A DNA stretch of 64,000 nucleotides from IMG/VR virus record IMGVR_UViG_3300030688_000001. One strand, 5' to 3'. This DNA comes from a virus. Positions 28,420 through 37,479 of this stretch are shown here, piece after piece (position 1 is the first letter of the stretch; each line of letters begins with the position of its first letter). Under the pieces are notes generated by a model. The model saw nothing but the letters and a program-made list of their open reading frames with translations, searched no databases and was not told the DNA's origin. The position numbers and the translations under genes are program-made.

Positions 28420-29208
28420 TTAAATGAACACTTTATTAATGGTTTTATTAAGGCTGCTCTAACTAATCCAGGCAATATTAGTCAACCTAAGCCAGCTCCT
28501 AAACCCAGCTCTCCACCTATTCAATCAGCTCCTTCACCTAACCCAGCTCCACCTCCTCCTTTAGCCAACACTCCTCCACCTCAAGTTCTACCTACTCAAC
28601 CACCTACTAATCTAAATCATGGTATTATGCCACAATATGATGGTTGGAAATTGAGGGGATATGCTAAATCTAATAATGGTGGAACTTATGATTACCAAGA
28701 TACTGCTGGTAAGTATCATTTAATGAATCATGAATTAGGTGAAGGTGCTCAAAGTTTGGAGGATTTTAACAACGATAATAGTATATCTAATGAAAAACCA
28801 ATTGCTAGACAAGCTATTACTCCAGAAGTAGAGAACCAAGCTTTGCGTTCAGCTTATAGTAATTTAGGGAAACCAGATCTGGATTTGAATAGATCTGCTA
28901 ACGATATATTAGGTGATCCATATACTAGTGTTGGTCTTCCTAGAGTAGATAGCGTTACTAGAGGTGGTAGTCCTGAACCTGATCCTAATGAGTTATATCA
29001 AAGACTGCAACACAATATGACGAATAATAACGGTCTATTCGATCAATTACAAAGTGCTGCTAATGGTCTGCCTGGTAGATTGTGGAATAGTGATCCTGGA
29101 ATTCATGAACAAGGTATGGGTCAACTATTGCAGATGGTTAAACATCTAGCCACTACTAATCCACCTTTAGCTCAAGAATTGTATCAGAAGTACTTTGGGC
29201 AAAATTGA
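28414..29208 (+). CDS. FINGFIKAA-leader Pro-rich protein
   Basis: HFINGFIKAAL followed by a Pro-rich linker. Confidence 0.65.
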   Translation: MHLNEHFINGFIKAALTNPGNISQPKPAPKPSSPPIQSAPSPNPAPPPPLANTPPPQVLPTQPPTNLNHGIMPQYDGWKLRGYAKSNNGGTYDYQDTAGKYHLMNHELGEGAQSLEDFNNDNSISNEKPIARQAITPEVENQALRSAYSNLGKPDLDLNRSANDILGDPYTSVGLPRVDSVTRGGSPEPDPNELYQRLQHNMTNNNGLFDQLQSAANGLPGRLWNSDPGIHEQGMGQLLQMVKHLATTNPPLAQELYQKYFGQN

Positions 29209-29255
29209 TAGTTAAAAAAGAGGTTGAGTTTGCACTCTCAACCTGTTGTTTTAAC

Positions 29256-29696
29256 TTATACTCCTAATACTTTAAAGGTACTAGTAAGGTCAGCTTGGAG
29301 ACGCTTCTTTTCTGAGGCCCTACAGAACCAACCAACGCCTCTGCTTGTTGGTAAAAAGTTGTATTTAAACAACATTTTCTTATCTGCCGCTGCCTCATTA
29401 AATTCCTGCTCAGAACAAGGAACATAACCATCGCCGGTTTCATCAGGTTTTGAAAACACCCATATATCATAGGTTTCCTGTGTATCAGGATGATTAGTAT
29501 TTGCAGCATCAGAAGCCCCAAAAGGAGCTTTGGTTATTTCAAATGGTCCTTTTGTTGGCAAGCCTGGTGCCAAAATCCATATCTCACCGGATCCATCGCT
29601 TGCCGGCAGTTGAGGCCAACAACGCTCACAAGAAGCCACTATTACGGTGCAGCCCCTTCCCTCAAATATTTCTTTTATTTCCTGCCTCGTTCTCAT
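29256..29696 (-). CDS. hypothetical protein
   Basis: 146-aa ORF with A-rich leader. Confidence 0.65.
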   Translation of the reverse strand: MRTRQEIKEIFEGRGCTVIVASCERCWPQLPASDGSGEIWILAPGLPTKGPFEITKAPFGASDAANTNHPDTQETYDIWVFSKPDETGDGYVPCSEQEFNEAAADKKMLFKYNFLPTSRGVGWFCRASEKKRLQADLTSTFKVLGV

Positions 29697-29782
29697 ATTT
29701 TTTGTCTTTCATCCTTTTGCTTAGTTTGTTATGCTGGGATTGTATTGTTAAAAAAGAGGGATGATTAATCCCTCATGAAATA

Positions 29783-30250
29783 CTAAATCCGCCCTACAAA
29801 CACCCACTGCTTGTGTTCGAAAGTAGGTTTCCCACCTTCCACCGTCCGTTGCACATTCCATGCAGAGTAGCATGGAATTGCCGTCCCACCTCCAGTTACA
29901 TATCTTGCAGTTTCATTAACCAAATGGGACTGCACCGGTGCTGCAAAGACACCAAACACCGCCGAGAATATATTCTCGGAGGGAGGACAGTCAGGAGGAC
30001 AGTCAGGAAGCTCCGCGTACTGCAAGTACGCCACCACCCCCAATAAATCGTCATCAGTCTGGATTGACATGGAGGCATACTTTGTTGCCTCCTCCAATAT
30101 CACCAGTTCGAACCCCATCCCCACCGCCTCAGCGGTTTGGACAGGGGTTGGGGTATGCCGTGAAAACCACAATGCTTTTTTCATATTTATTAATTGTTGA
30201 TTGTTCTTATAACAAAGGCTAATATCCTTGTTCATTATGTTATACCACAA
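29783..30250 (-). CDS. hypothetical protein
   Basis: Probable start ATG 30184 (MKKALWFSRH); TGnTATAAC extended -10 upstream. Confidence 0.65.
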   Translation of the reverse strand: MWYNIMNKDISLCYKNNQQLINMKKALWFSRHTPTPVQTAEAVGMGFELVILEEATKYASMSIQTDDDLLGVVAYLQYAELPDCPPDCPPSENIFSAVFGVFAAPVQSHLVNETARYVTGGGTAIPCYSAWNVQRTVEGGKPTFEHKQWVFVGRI

Positions 30251-30293
30251 TTACTTGAAATCATGGTAGAGGGGTGGGGTAGGTAAGTGAATT

Positions 30294-30617
30294 TCATTTC
30301 ATCTTAATGAGAAGCCCAGTCCTGGCGAATTCTGTCAACTCTTTGTCAGTAAATTGGGCTAACACTGATTGTCTTGGTTCAACAATCAAGTTACCAGTCA
30401 TGTCCCAGATGTAACTGTCTCTTATTAATACTGAATCTATAGTTAGACATATACTAACCAAGGAATCATCTACCCATAACGTCCGTGAATACCCACCATG
30501 GTTAACTCCATTAGTGAGTACGTTCGCGTTATACACTATACCGTCAACTAGCTGAAAAGCTAGGTCCTTAGGTTTAGTTCTGAATATTTTGACTCCGGCC
30601 TGCTCGACCCCCGGCAA
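30294..30617 (-). CDS. hypothetical protein
   Basis: 107-aa ORF with TTG start; start uncertain. Confidence 0.45.
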   Translation of the reverse strand: MPGVEQAGVKIFRTKPKDLAFQLVDGIVYNANVLTNGVNHGGYSRTLWVDDSLVSICLTIDSVLIRDSYIWDMTGNLIVEPRQSVLAQFTDKELTEFARTGLLIKMK

Positions 30618-30785
30618 ACCGTTGCAAGTCGAGCTCCTGTCCGCTCGTAATGATTACCAGCACGTCCTGAATAAGTTTTCGGTCCCCGAAACCAACATAA
30701 TGTATAGCATGGATTGCTTTATTCATATCTTAATTCCTTTTTATTATAGTTAGTAGCATGCACTCTACTAACTTTTATTGATTAT

Positions 30786-31070
30786 TTAAAGCTCAGTGAA
30801 AACCCGGTATCCAGCATCTTTCAAAGGCTGGACTAATAGTTGACCTACTTTTTTATCACCAATGCCTGGCAACTTTTTCATCGCCTTGACATTAACCACT
30901 ACCGAGACAACCGCTTCTTCATTTTCAGGATTGTCCAAGTCATTATGCCACAGGACTTTGGTGAACTGCAAATTTTTCCCTGCAATCTTGTTAATTTCAA
31001 GAATGCAGGTTTGGACTAACTCAAAGTCTACTTCCATATTTTTCCTTTCTTGTTTAAGGTTGACTAGCAA
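30786..31070 (-). CDS. hypothetical protein
   Basis: Contains KKLPGIGDKK, a helix-hairpin-helix-like motif. Confidence 0.55.
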   Translation of the reverse strand: MLVNLKQERKNMEVDFELVQTCILEINKIAGKNLQFTKVLWHNDLDNPENEEAVVSVVVNVKAMKKLPGIGDKKVGQLLVQPLKDAGYRVFTEL

Positions 31071-31428
31071 GATAATTATCTACAAACAGTTTTGCGCGTT
31101 CGATTGTAACTGGAACACTACAACCATTATCGGTAACCTCATATTTAAGTTCACCAGACTCCAGGGCTATCATAACTTCTATCAGAAATTTTGCCAGTTC
31201 TAATTTTTGGTCTTTGTAAAGACGGAGACGGAGAGGAAGAGGATCACCAGCTTTCCGTCTAGTAGTAGGCAATTCAATAACATACTCAGTAGTAATAGGC
31301 AACTCTTGGTTTATTGACAATTCCTTTTTTTGCCTTGCAAGTTCTTCCTGTGCCTCTTCAACAGAGAGGGTTATTACTGTTTTGTATTTCATAGTGGTTC
31401 TTGAAATGAGCAGGAAATTACAAGACAC
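31054..31428 (-). CDS. hypothetical protein
   Basis: Probable start MKYKTV. Confidence 0.55.
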   Translation of the reverse strand: MSCNFLLISRTTMKYKTVITLSVEEAQEELARQKKELSINQELPITTEYVIELPTTRRKAGDPLPLRLRLYKDQKLELAKFLIEVMIALESGELKYEVTDNGCSVPVTIERAKLFVDNYLASQP

Positions 31429-31513
31429 CAGAGCAAGTACCTTTTGAATTTGGACTTGCCCCGGAAATCTTGGAGGGAAAATCCTGCTGCCCTCATAGTT
31501 TTAATTGTAGTGT

Positions 31514-31831
31514 TCATGATTGTAATAGCGTTGTTTCTCCAAGAGTCAATATTGTATCATCATTCATAAAGACTAGTTCTTCTGATGATTTAATGAAGCC
31601 TAATACTATCAAGGCTTGGATTGCTTGGAACAAATTACCAGAGTGACTAATATCTTTTGAACGCACCCCGTTGTTGAGAGCAGAATTTATCAAGTCTCTC
31701 ACTGTGATTTGGGTAGGAGAGGTTTTAACAACTCCTACCAGCCAGTTAATTGTTTCTTGAGTAGTTTTCATATTATTCTTTTTCCAACCATAGAACTGTA
31801 CCTCGTTCAAATAAAGGTACCATTCCTTCAA
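31514..31831 (-). CDS. hypothetical protein (possible winged helix)
   Basis: Probable start MKTTQE. Confidence 0.5.
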   Translation of the reverse strand: MKEWYLYLNEVQFYGWKKNNMKTTQETINWLVGVVKTSPTQITVRDLINSALNNGVRSKDISHSGNLFQAIQALIVLGFIKSSEELVFMNDDTILTLGETTLLQS

Positions 31832-32042
31832 CTAGTTGAGGAGTAGAACCACCTCCTAAACAAGAAGTATGGACTGCCGGATCGAACTCGGCTTCCCATC
31901 CATCCTTCGATACATCAACAAAAACACTGTTAGCTGGATGGCGTTTCATTACATATTCTTGATTAGCCGGATTATCCAAGAATGCTCCATTAACTACGAA
32001 TCGTTGGCATTCACAACAAACTGCATTTGCAAAATTTTTCAT
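31773..32042 (-). CDS. hypothetical protein
   Basis: Preceded by the repeated leader AATAAAATGATAAAAT. Confidence 0.6.
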   Translation of the reverse strand: MKNFANAVCCECQRFVVNGAFLDNPANQEYVMKRHPANSVFVDVSKDGWEAEFDPAVHTSCLGGGSTPQLVEGMVPLFERGTVLWLEKE

Positions 32043-32100
32043 ATTTTATCATTTTATTAAAGAGGGTGGACTCATTTAGAATCCACCCTCCTAGTTTAAT
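32041..32100 (-). repeat. 60-bp intergenic direct repeat, copy 1 (hairpin plus leader)
   Basis: Near-identical to 32743..32802; GAGGGTGGA/TCCACCCTC hairpin. Confidence 0.85.
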
Positions 32101-32105
32101 TGTAG

Positions 32106-32744
32106 TTATTGATCTTGATAGACCAAGATCCCTTCTAGAGTATCAACCACTCCAGATTTAGAACTGCTACCACGACCAAACAGGTAGCCCACTATGCCTG
32201 GCCTATAATGCCCATGGTGGCTGGTACATATATGTGCACCTACTAGCAGCACTTGATGGCGGTATGTACCACCGACATCCCATCGGATAAACTCTGTTTT
32301 CAGTTTGCGAACTTCTGTGAAGTCCTGATTATTAGCCCATAGATATAGGGCCACCTCTTTTGCTAGGCCTATCCAATGACCTAGCCTTGCTATTTCGAGG
32401 TAACAAAGGTGCTTGGCTGTTTCATCAGCCATATACTGCTTTAAAGCAGCAATATATCCGGCTCGGTACGATTCCGATGTGTCCCTGAATTCGGCATTAA
32501 TGCCGGTAGATATGAACTTTCTACCATCCCACCGGCTGAATGGGGTGTAAACCAACTCGTCCGGATAGTTTTCCGGAATTTCTTTTATCCAATAAGATTG
32601 GCATTCCGCCGTCCCTGCCAGATACCCATGTTCCCAGTCTTGCTGGGATTTAGTCATGGATTCTGCCCATTTTTGGGCAACCTCTTTTATTCCATTTTCC
32701 TTTGCAGCCATCAAAGCTGCAATTAATCTTCTATGTTTTTTCAT
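32106..32744 (-). CDS. hypothetical protein
   Basis: 212-aa ORF bracketed by the two 60-bp repeats. Confidence 0.7.
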   Translation of the reverse strand: MKKHRRLIAALMAAKENGIKEVAQKWAESMTKSQQDWEHGYLAGTAECQSYWIKEIPENYPDELVYTPFSRWDGRKFISTGINAEFRDTSESYRAGYIAALKQYMADETAKHLCYLEIARLGHWIGLAKEVALYLWANNQDFTEVRKLKTEFIRWDVGGTYRHQVLLVGAHICTSHHGHYRPGIVGYLFGRGSSSKSGVVDTLEGILVYQDQ

Positions 32745-32802
32745 ATTTTATCATTTTATTAAAGAGGGTGGACTCATTTAGAATCCACCACTCCTAGTTT
32801 AA
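32743..32802 (-). repeat. 60-bp intergenic direct repeat, copy 2
   Basis: Differs from copy 1 by a single-base insertion in the hairpin. Confidence 0.85.
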
Positions 32803-33128
32803 ATTTGAGACCAGTGAACGGGCTGAGACTCTACCGGAACATTAACATAAGCTGGTAGATCGCCAGCAGTTGCCGTCATATCATCAGAGTAGTGCTTCTC
32901 GATATGCACACCACCCTGGTAATGCCCTACTACGATCACAGTGAAGTGACCGTTGATCGTCTTGCCACAAAAAGTAATGCTTTCCAACTTCAGAATCTTG
33001 TGAGGATTAGCACTACTATTCTGCTGCCCTAAGTTCACTGCAATATCAGTATGCAGTGGAATTTTCCCCGGATCTGTCCGCCTCTTAAAGAGACGGTTCG
33101 CCCTATTATAGTTATCTAATGATGCCAT
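32799..33128 (-). CDS. hypothetical protein
   Basis: 109-aa ORF. Confidence 0.6.
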   Translation of the reverse strand: MASLDNYNRANRLFKRRTDPGKIPLHTDIAVNLGQQNSSANPHKILKLESITFCGKTINGHFTVIVVGHYQGGVHIEKHYSDDMTATAGDLPAYVNVPVESQPVHWSQI

Positions 33129-33129
33129 A

Positions 33130-33516
33130 TCAATATTGTTTTTTGGTTATTACTAGATACGGAATGTACCCAGCTTTCGTTGGTTGGTCTAGTTTGAGAG
33201 CTTTGACTAGCTCTATTTTAACTACATGACCGTGCTGCACTAATGCAACCGGTCTATTGAATCCTTGTAGTTGCTCCAAACTATCATCTAGCTGGAACAG
33301 GTGATATGTGAATACAAAGCCTGGAAACCGAAGTCTCAAGGCTCCTAACGGGTTAAGTCCGAAGGCATAGCACATCGGAACGAATTCCTGAATTAACTCC
33401 TGGTAATCAGGATGATGTAATAGTAGGGTATGATCTCCATGTACCCCTATATTTTCCAATTCAGTGAAGAGGGTTTTTAAAACCTCTCCTACTAGTCGGT
33501 TAGTTTTTGTTTTCAT
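33130..33516 (-). CDS. hypothetical protein
   Basis: 128-aa ORF. Confidence 0.6.
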   Translation of the reverse strand: MKTKTNRLVGEVLKTLFTELENIGVHGDHTLLLHHPDYQELIQEFVPMCYAFGLNPLGALRLRFPGFVFTYHLFQLDDSLEQLQGFNRPVALVQHGHVVKIELVKALKLDQPTKAGYIPYLVITKKQY

Positions 33517-33586
33517 TTAGATTAACTACAGCTTCTTATGGGAGCTAGTCCAGGTTGTGTTATTATAGTCAACCAACTATATTATT

Positions 33587-34429
33587 TTACCCTTCCCGAA
33601 CAAACCTGATCTTATCTGCACATGGCCCCTTCTTATTAGTGGAATATACGAAAGAGACGGTATCTCCTTCATATAGTTTCCCGCTATCGATGGGAAATGT
33701 TACATCTTCCCAGTTAGTGACGTGCCAGTATAGCCGTTGTGCCCCAGGGATATTGGGAAGAATAAATCCATACCCATTAGTGAAGATGGAGATGACAGTA
33801 CCCTCCACCCTTTCATTAGATGAGGTCAGTTCCTTCAACCCAATGTACCGAATCTGCCCACCAACTGAAGAAACGGTTTTCATCTCGAACTCAGGTAACA
33901 TTTCAATGATTTCGGAGAGCGATGTAACTCCGAACTCAGTGTAGTCTATCTCTGGGTTGAGCTTTTTCAAAGTCTCCCCTACAGATGCTAAGTTCGCACT
34001 CGGCCCACCCAACTGCCTTATCGTAGCTAAATAGGCAGCCTTGATTTGCTGCTTCACTACATCTGATATTGGTGGGAATGCCTCCGGCTTGATCTCCTTC
34101 ACTACCAAAGTAGCAATGGAGTTGGTTTCGCCACTAACCGGATCACGCTTTACCACATTAAGCTGAATTTTCCCAGCCTGCAGTTTCCGGAGCATGAATC
34201 CGGCATACTTCCCACCCGCCAATGTAATGTCAATAACCAGATCGATTACCTCCTGTTCGACCTTGACCGACTTCATCTCTGGTTGAATATTAGTGAGTTT
34301 AGTGAGTTTAACAACTTCCTCAACCTCAAGTTCTGTTAAGGAGCAGGAGGTTGAGTTGAGCCGAGGGACATACTTGAGAATCTCCTTACTAGAGATTCCC
34401 AACTTCTTAGCTAATTCGTGAACGCGCAT
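33587..34429 (-). CDS. RNA-binding protein: IF2 N-terminal HTH + OST-HTH/LOTUS + cold-shock domain
   Basis: MRVHELAKKLGISSKEIL (IF2_N); LASVGETLKKLNPEIDYTEFGVTSLSEII (LOTUS); GTVISIFTNGYGFI...YWHV...VSF...KGPCA (CSD). Confidence 0.75.
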   Translation of the reverse strand: MRVHELAKKLGISSKEILKYVPRLNSTSCSLTELEVEEVVKLTKLTNIQPEMKSVKVEQEVIDLVIDITLAGGKYAGFMLRKLQAGKIQLNVVKRDPVSGETNSIATLVVKEIKPEAFPPISDVVKQQIKAAYLATIRQLGGPSANLASVGETLKKLNPEIDYTEFGVTSLSEIIEMLPEFEMKTVSSVGGQIRYIGLKELTSSNERVEGTVISIFTNGYGFILPNIPGAQRLYWHVTNWEDVTFPIDSGKLYEGDTVSFVYSTNKKGPCADKIRFVREG

Positions 34430-34794
34430 ATGTTTTTAGTTTGAAGGAGGAACAAGGAATTTATCTTGTCCCTATTATTGATTGTGAGTTTTACAGGAGT
34501 TCTAACAACCCCCTCCTGCCTTATCTTTATTGCTGGAACAAAAGCCAGCAATTGAATTTTTGCGATTTTGATTTTCATTAAGTTAACAAACTCTGTTCAA
34601 TATATTATACCTGATTATGGTAAATATAGATGGTGGGGGGAGGGGTCGTTATTCATATGTATCGTGTAATATAGTACCCGACCCCTCCCCTCCTAATTAT
34701 TTTGCCTAAATAAAGGTATAATAGTCTGATAGAGCGTCTTTAAATATTTAGAGATGTTCTCAGTAAACCGCAACAAACGTTACTACAAAACATT

Positions 34795-34908
34795 ATGAAG
34801 ATCACTGTTATCTGTTTATCCGTGGCCTGTGTCGTTTTACTGGGCTGGGCCATTGTCAAGACCACCCCCTCTGGGAGCAGAGCCCCGGCCCCTACTGCCC
34901 AGAAGTAA
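34795..34908 (+). CDS. 37-aa membrane/secreted peptide
   Basis: Manual translation MKITVICLSVACVVLLGWAIVKTTPSGSRAPAPTAQK. Confidence 0.4.
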   Translation: MKITVICLSVACVVLLGWAIVKTTPSGSRAPAPTAQK

Positions 34909-35012
34909 GTACAAGTTTCAACCCTGGCGCGCCCAGCAGTAAGCCAACGGTTGCGGTAGGAGGGGGCTGGAGAAGAGTAGTCTTCAGCCCCTATCCTTCC
35001 AGTTACATTCAG

Positions 35013-35056
35013 TAGTAAGTAAACTACCTAGATACTCATAGGTAGTTTACTTACTA
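35013..35056. repeat. perfect 18-bp inverted repeat
   Basis: TAGTAAGTAAACTACCTA-N8-TAGGTAGTTTACTTACTA; collapsed in the second copy near 35864. Confidence 0.85.
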
Positions 35057-35097
35057 TTTTGTCATCTAATTTTTTTTGCTAGCGAACAACAAACAAC

Positions 35098-35370
35098 ATG
35101 AACATTTCTTTACTACGAGCACAATATGATAACGCAGGGTCAAGGTCATGGTCAGGGACAAGGTCAGGGTCAAGGTCAGGGTCAGAGTCAGTGTCAAGGT
35201 CAAGGGCAGGGTCAGGGTCAAGGTCAGGGTCATGGTCAGTGTCAAGGTCAGGGTCAAGGTCATGGTCAAGGTCAGGGTCAAGGTCATGGTCAGAGTCAAG
35301 GTCAAGGTCAAGGTCAAGGTCAGGGTCAAGGTCAAGGTCAAGGTCAGGGTCAAGGTCAGGGACATGGTAA
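35098..35370 (+). CDS. RS/GS/WS dipeptide-repeat protein, copy 1
   Basis: MNISLLRAQYDNAGSRSWSG...; N-terminus identical to copy 2, which fixes the reading frame. Confidence 0.65.
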   Translation: MNISLLRAQYDNAGSRSWSGTRSGSRSGSESVSRSRAGSGSRSGSWSVSRSGSRSWSRSGSRSWSESRSRSRSRSGSRSRSRSGSRSGTW

Positions 35371-35445
35371 AAATAATAAAGTTCTGATCAACTCTACCAA
35401 CGAACAACAAACAACAAACAACAAACAACAAACAACAACAAAAAT

Positions 35446-35808
35446 ATGATTAACATTAATGAACTAACTATTGGGGAAGTCAAGGAACTGGCAAAAATTG
35501 CTCAGTCGTTAAACCTCTGTTCCAAACCTGCTCCTGAAAATAACTCCCATCCGTACCAAGTCGGTGATAAATATTTCGTACGGACCGTTACCCATCACTA
35601 TACCGGCCAGTTAGAGCAGGTATCGGAACATGAGTTGGTCCTCTCCCAGGCCGCATGGGTTGCAGATGATGGTAAGTTTTCAGCAGCGGTCAGTTCTGGT
35701 AATTTCAATGAAGTTGAGATGTACCCGGCTTGCCAGAAAGTGATTATTGGTAGGGCTGCGATTTTGGATGCAGTAATGATTCCGGTGTTACCTACCCAGA
35801 CCAAGTAA
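35446..35808 (+). CDS. Sm/LSm-like fold protein
   Basis: VGDKYFVRTVTHHYTGQLEQVSEHELVLSQA resembles Sm1; VIIGRAAILDA resembles Sm2. Confidence 0.55.
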   Translation: MININELTIGEVKELAKIAQSLNLCSKPAPENNSHPYQVGDKYFVRTVTHHYTGQLEQVSEHELVLSQAAWVADDGKFSAAVSSGNFNEVEMYPACQKVIIGRAAILDAVMIPVLPTQTK

Positions 35809-35929
35809 GTGAAGTTAATAGGAGGGGTTGGAGAAGAATAGTCTTCAGCCTCTCCTAATTATATTTAGTAAGCAGTTTACTTACTATTTTGTCATCTAAT
35901 TTTTTTGCCAGCTAACAATAACAAACAAC

Positions 35930-36268
35930 ATGAACATTTCTTTACTACGAGCACAATATGATAACGCAGGGTCAAGGTCATGGTCAGGGACAAGGTCAAG
36001 GTTAGGGTCAGGGTCAGGGTCAGGGTCAGGGTCAGGGTCAAGGTTAGGGTCAGGGTCAGGGTCAGGGTCAGGGTCAGGGTCAGGGTCAAGGTCATGGTCA
36101 AGGTCAGGGTCAGAGTCAGTGTCAAGGTCAAGGTCAGGGTCAAGGTCAAGGTCATGGTCAGGGTCAAGGTCATGGTCAGGGACAAGGTCATGGTCAGGGT
36201 CAGGGTCAGGGTCATCGTCATCGTCATGGTCAGGGTCAGGGTCAGGGTCAAGGGCAGGGTCATCGTAA
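35930..36268 (+). CDS. RS/GS/WS dipeptide-repeat protein, copy 2
   Basis: As copy 1; the repeat continues for 9 codons past the TAA at 36266. Confidence 0.65.
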   Translation: MNISLLRAQYDNAGSRSWSGTRSRLGSGSGSGSGSGSRLGSGSGSGSGSGSGSRSWSRSGSESVSRSRSGSRSRSWSGSRSWSGTRSWSGSGSGSSSSSWSGSGSGSRAGSS

Positions 36269-36308
36269 TGGTCAGGGTCAAGGGCAGGTGCTATTAAGTA
36301 AGCAATTT

Positions 36309-36349
36309 GAATTGGTAGAATAGTTCAACTCTGGCTATTCTACCAATTC
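36309..36349. terminator. perfect 15-bp hairpin
   Basis: GAATTGGTAGAATAG-N11-CTATTCTACCAATTC. Confidence 0.6.
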
Positions 36350-36519
36350 CTTAAAAATAAATAATTTAACTTATTTTTAACTATAAGTAACTGTTTTACC
36401 TTATATACCACATTTACCCTCCTATCCACCTCCCTCCACCCCTCTCTGCATCCCCTAACCCTCACCTTTACCCTATAAACATTACTCATTATATCAAACT
36501 GTAGTATTATTTTATCTAT

Positions 36520-36867
36520 ATGAAACATACAACTCGAATTACAATAAACCACCACTCCCTACCTCCAGAATACAAACTAACCCTGATAAATAAACTAACC
36601 CTCCTATACCCCCTCTCTTCAACTACTCACTATTATTTAATCGTTCTTATACATGCCTTAACTAGCGCTACCACTAATATTACCTATTATGAGATTGGTA
36701 GATTCTTTTATAAACTATTTAAATGTATTAAGAATAATAAAGTTGAAGATAGAGTATATATTAATGCTAACCAATACTTAACCGAAACTGACATGCAAAT
36801 CCTCTCCAACCTGATTGAATTCCATGACCTTACTACCGAACAAAATCAAGCTAATATCCAAAACTGA
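36520..36867 (+). CDS. hypothetical protein, tandem paralog 1
   Basis: LPPEYKLTLINKL ... LTETDMQIL. Confidence 0.6.
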   Translation: MKHTTRITINHHSLPPEYKLTLINKLTLLYPLSSTTHYYLIVLIHALTSATTNITYYEIGRFFYKLFKCIKNNKVEDRVYINANQYLTETDMQILSNLIEFHDLTTEQNQANIQN

Positions 36868-37126
36868 TAGACTAGACCTTATTTATAGTTTAACTAATAT
36901 ATTCTTTGATACCATTCTAGTTAATACTGGTAGAAGTAATAAAGATAAAGTATCACTATTAACCGTAGTACATGCATTATCTTTTCCTAGCTCAGACTGG
37001 TATCCGATAACAGGATATTATAAAAAGCTCCTAACTTACATTAAAGAAGATGAACTAGAGGCTGATCCTAATATCAATATATATTTTACTAAGAAACATA
37101 TAAAACTACTGAAATCAATTATATGA
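36815..37126 (+). CDS. hypothetical protein, tandem paralog 2
   Basis: ISKTDRLDLIYSL ... FTKKHIKLLKSII. Confidence 0.55.
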   Translation: MNSMTLLPNKIKLISKTDRLDLIYSLTNIFFDTILVNTGRSNKDKVSLLTVVHALSFPSSDWYPITGYYKKLLTYIKEDELEADPNINIYFTKKHIKLLKSII

Positions 37127-37479
37127 ATAACAATCCTATCTTTAATGAACCATTTATCCTCAATTTAAGTAGTGAGGCCAAACTACTACTAATTAAAGCC
37201 TTATGTAAACTAGCTATAAGTAATTTCAGCCATACTATATTAATTGATTCTTTTATAGTTATTAATAGTATAGTAAATAACCTGGAACGGGATACTGTTA
37301 ATCTAGGTGATTACTGGCGAACTCTACCTACTAGTAAAAGAACTAAGTGGGTAAGAATACTAGTATATATAAAGAATAGTCAGAACTTGGCCGAGACGCT
37401 TACATATCAACGAGGAAGCAGAGTTATTAATCTGCTAACTGAACATGAATACGAACTACTTAAACAACTGATATTATGA
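37123..37479 (+). CDS. hypothetical protein, tandem paralog 3
   Basis: LSSEAKLLLIKAL ... LTEHEYELLKQLI. Confidence 0.6.
   Translation: MNNNPIFNEPFILNLSSEAKLLLIKALCKLAISNFSHTILIDSFIVINSIVNNLERDTVNLGDYWRTLPTSKRTKWVRILVYIKNSQNLAETLTYQRGSRVINLLTEHEYELLKQLIL

Larger units (their letters stand above)
34957..36297 (+). repeat. duplicated cassette (34957..35370 and 35819..36297) with NGGTCA hexamer tracts
   Basis: Shared hairpin, AGTAAG..CTTACT element, leader and first ~20 codons, followed by variable AGGTCA/GGGTCA/TGGTCA arrays. Confidence 0.9.

Noticed and set aside
35066-36297. QG-, VR/VK- and TL-repeat ORFs (35066, 35126, 35148, 35892, 35980)
   Set aside because: Other frames of the stop-free hexamer array; the duplicated leader and ATG support the MNISLLRAQY frame. 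The 35126 frame does end in an ATGA overlap with 35446, so it is not fully excluded.
35098-36297. CRISPR array or diversity-generating retroelement
   Set aside because: Units are 6 nt with no unique spacers; no cas or reverse transcriptase gene in the window; the last A of each unit is essentially invariant, unlike DGR adenine mutagenesis
29256-36300. Integrated mobile element or prophage explaining the GC-richer block
   Set aside because: No integrase, transposase or att-like boundary repeats found; treated as a native accessory region
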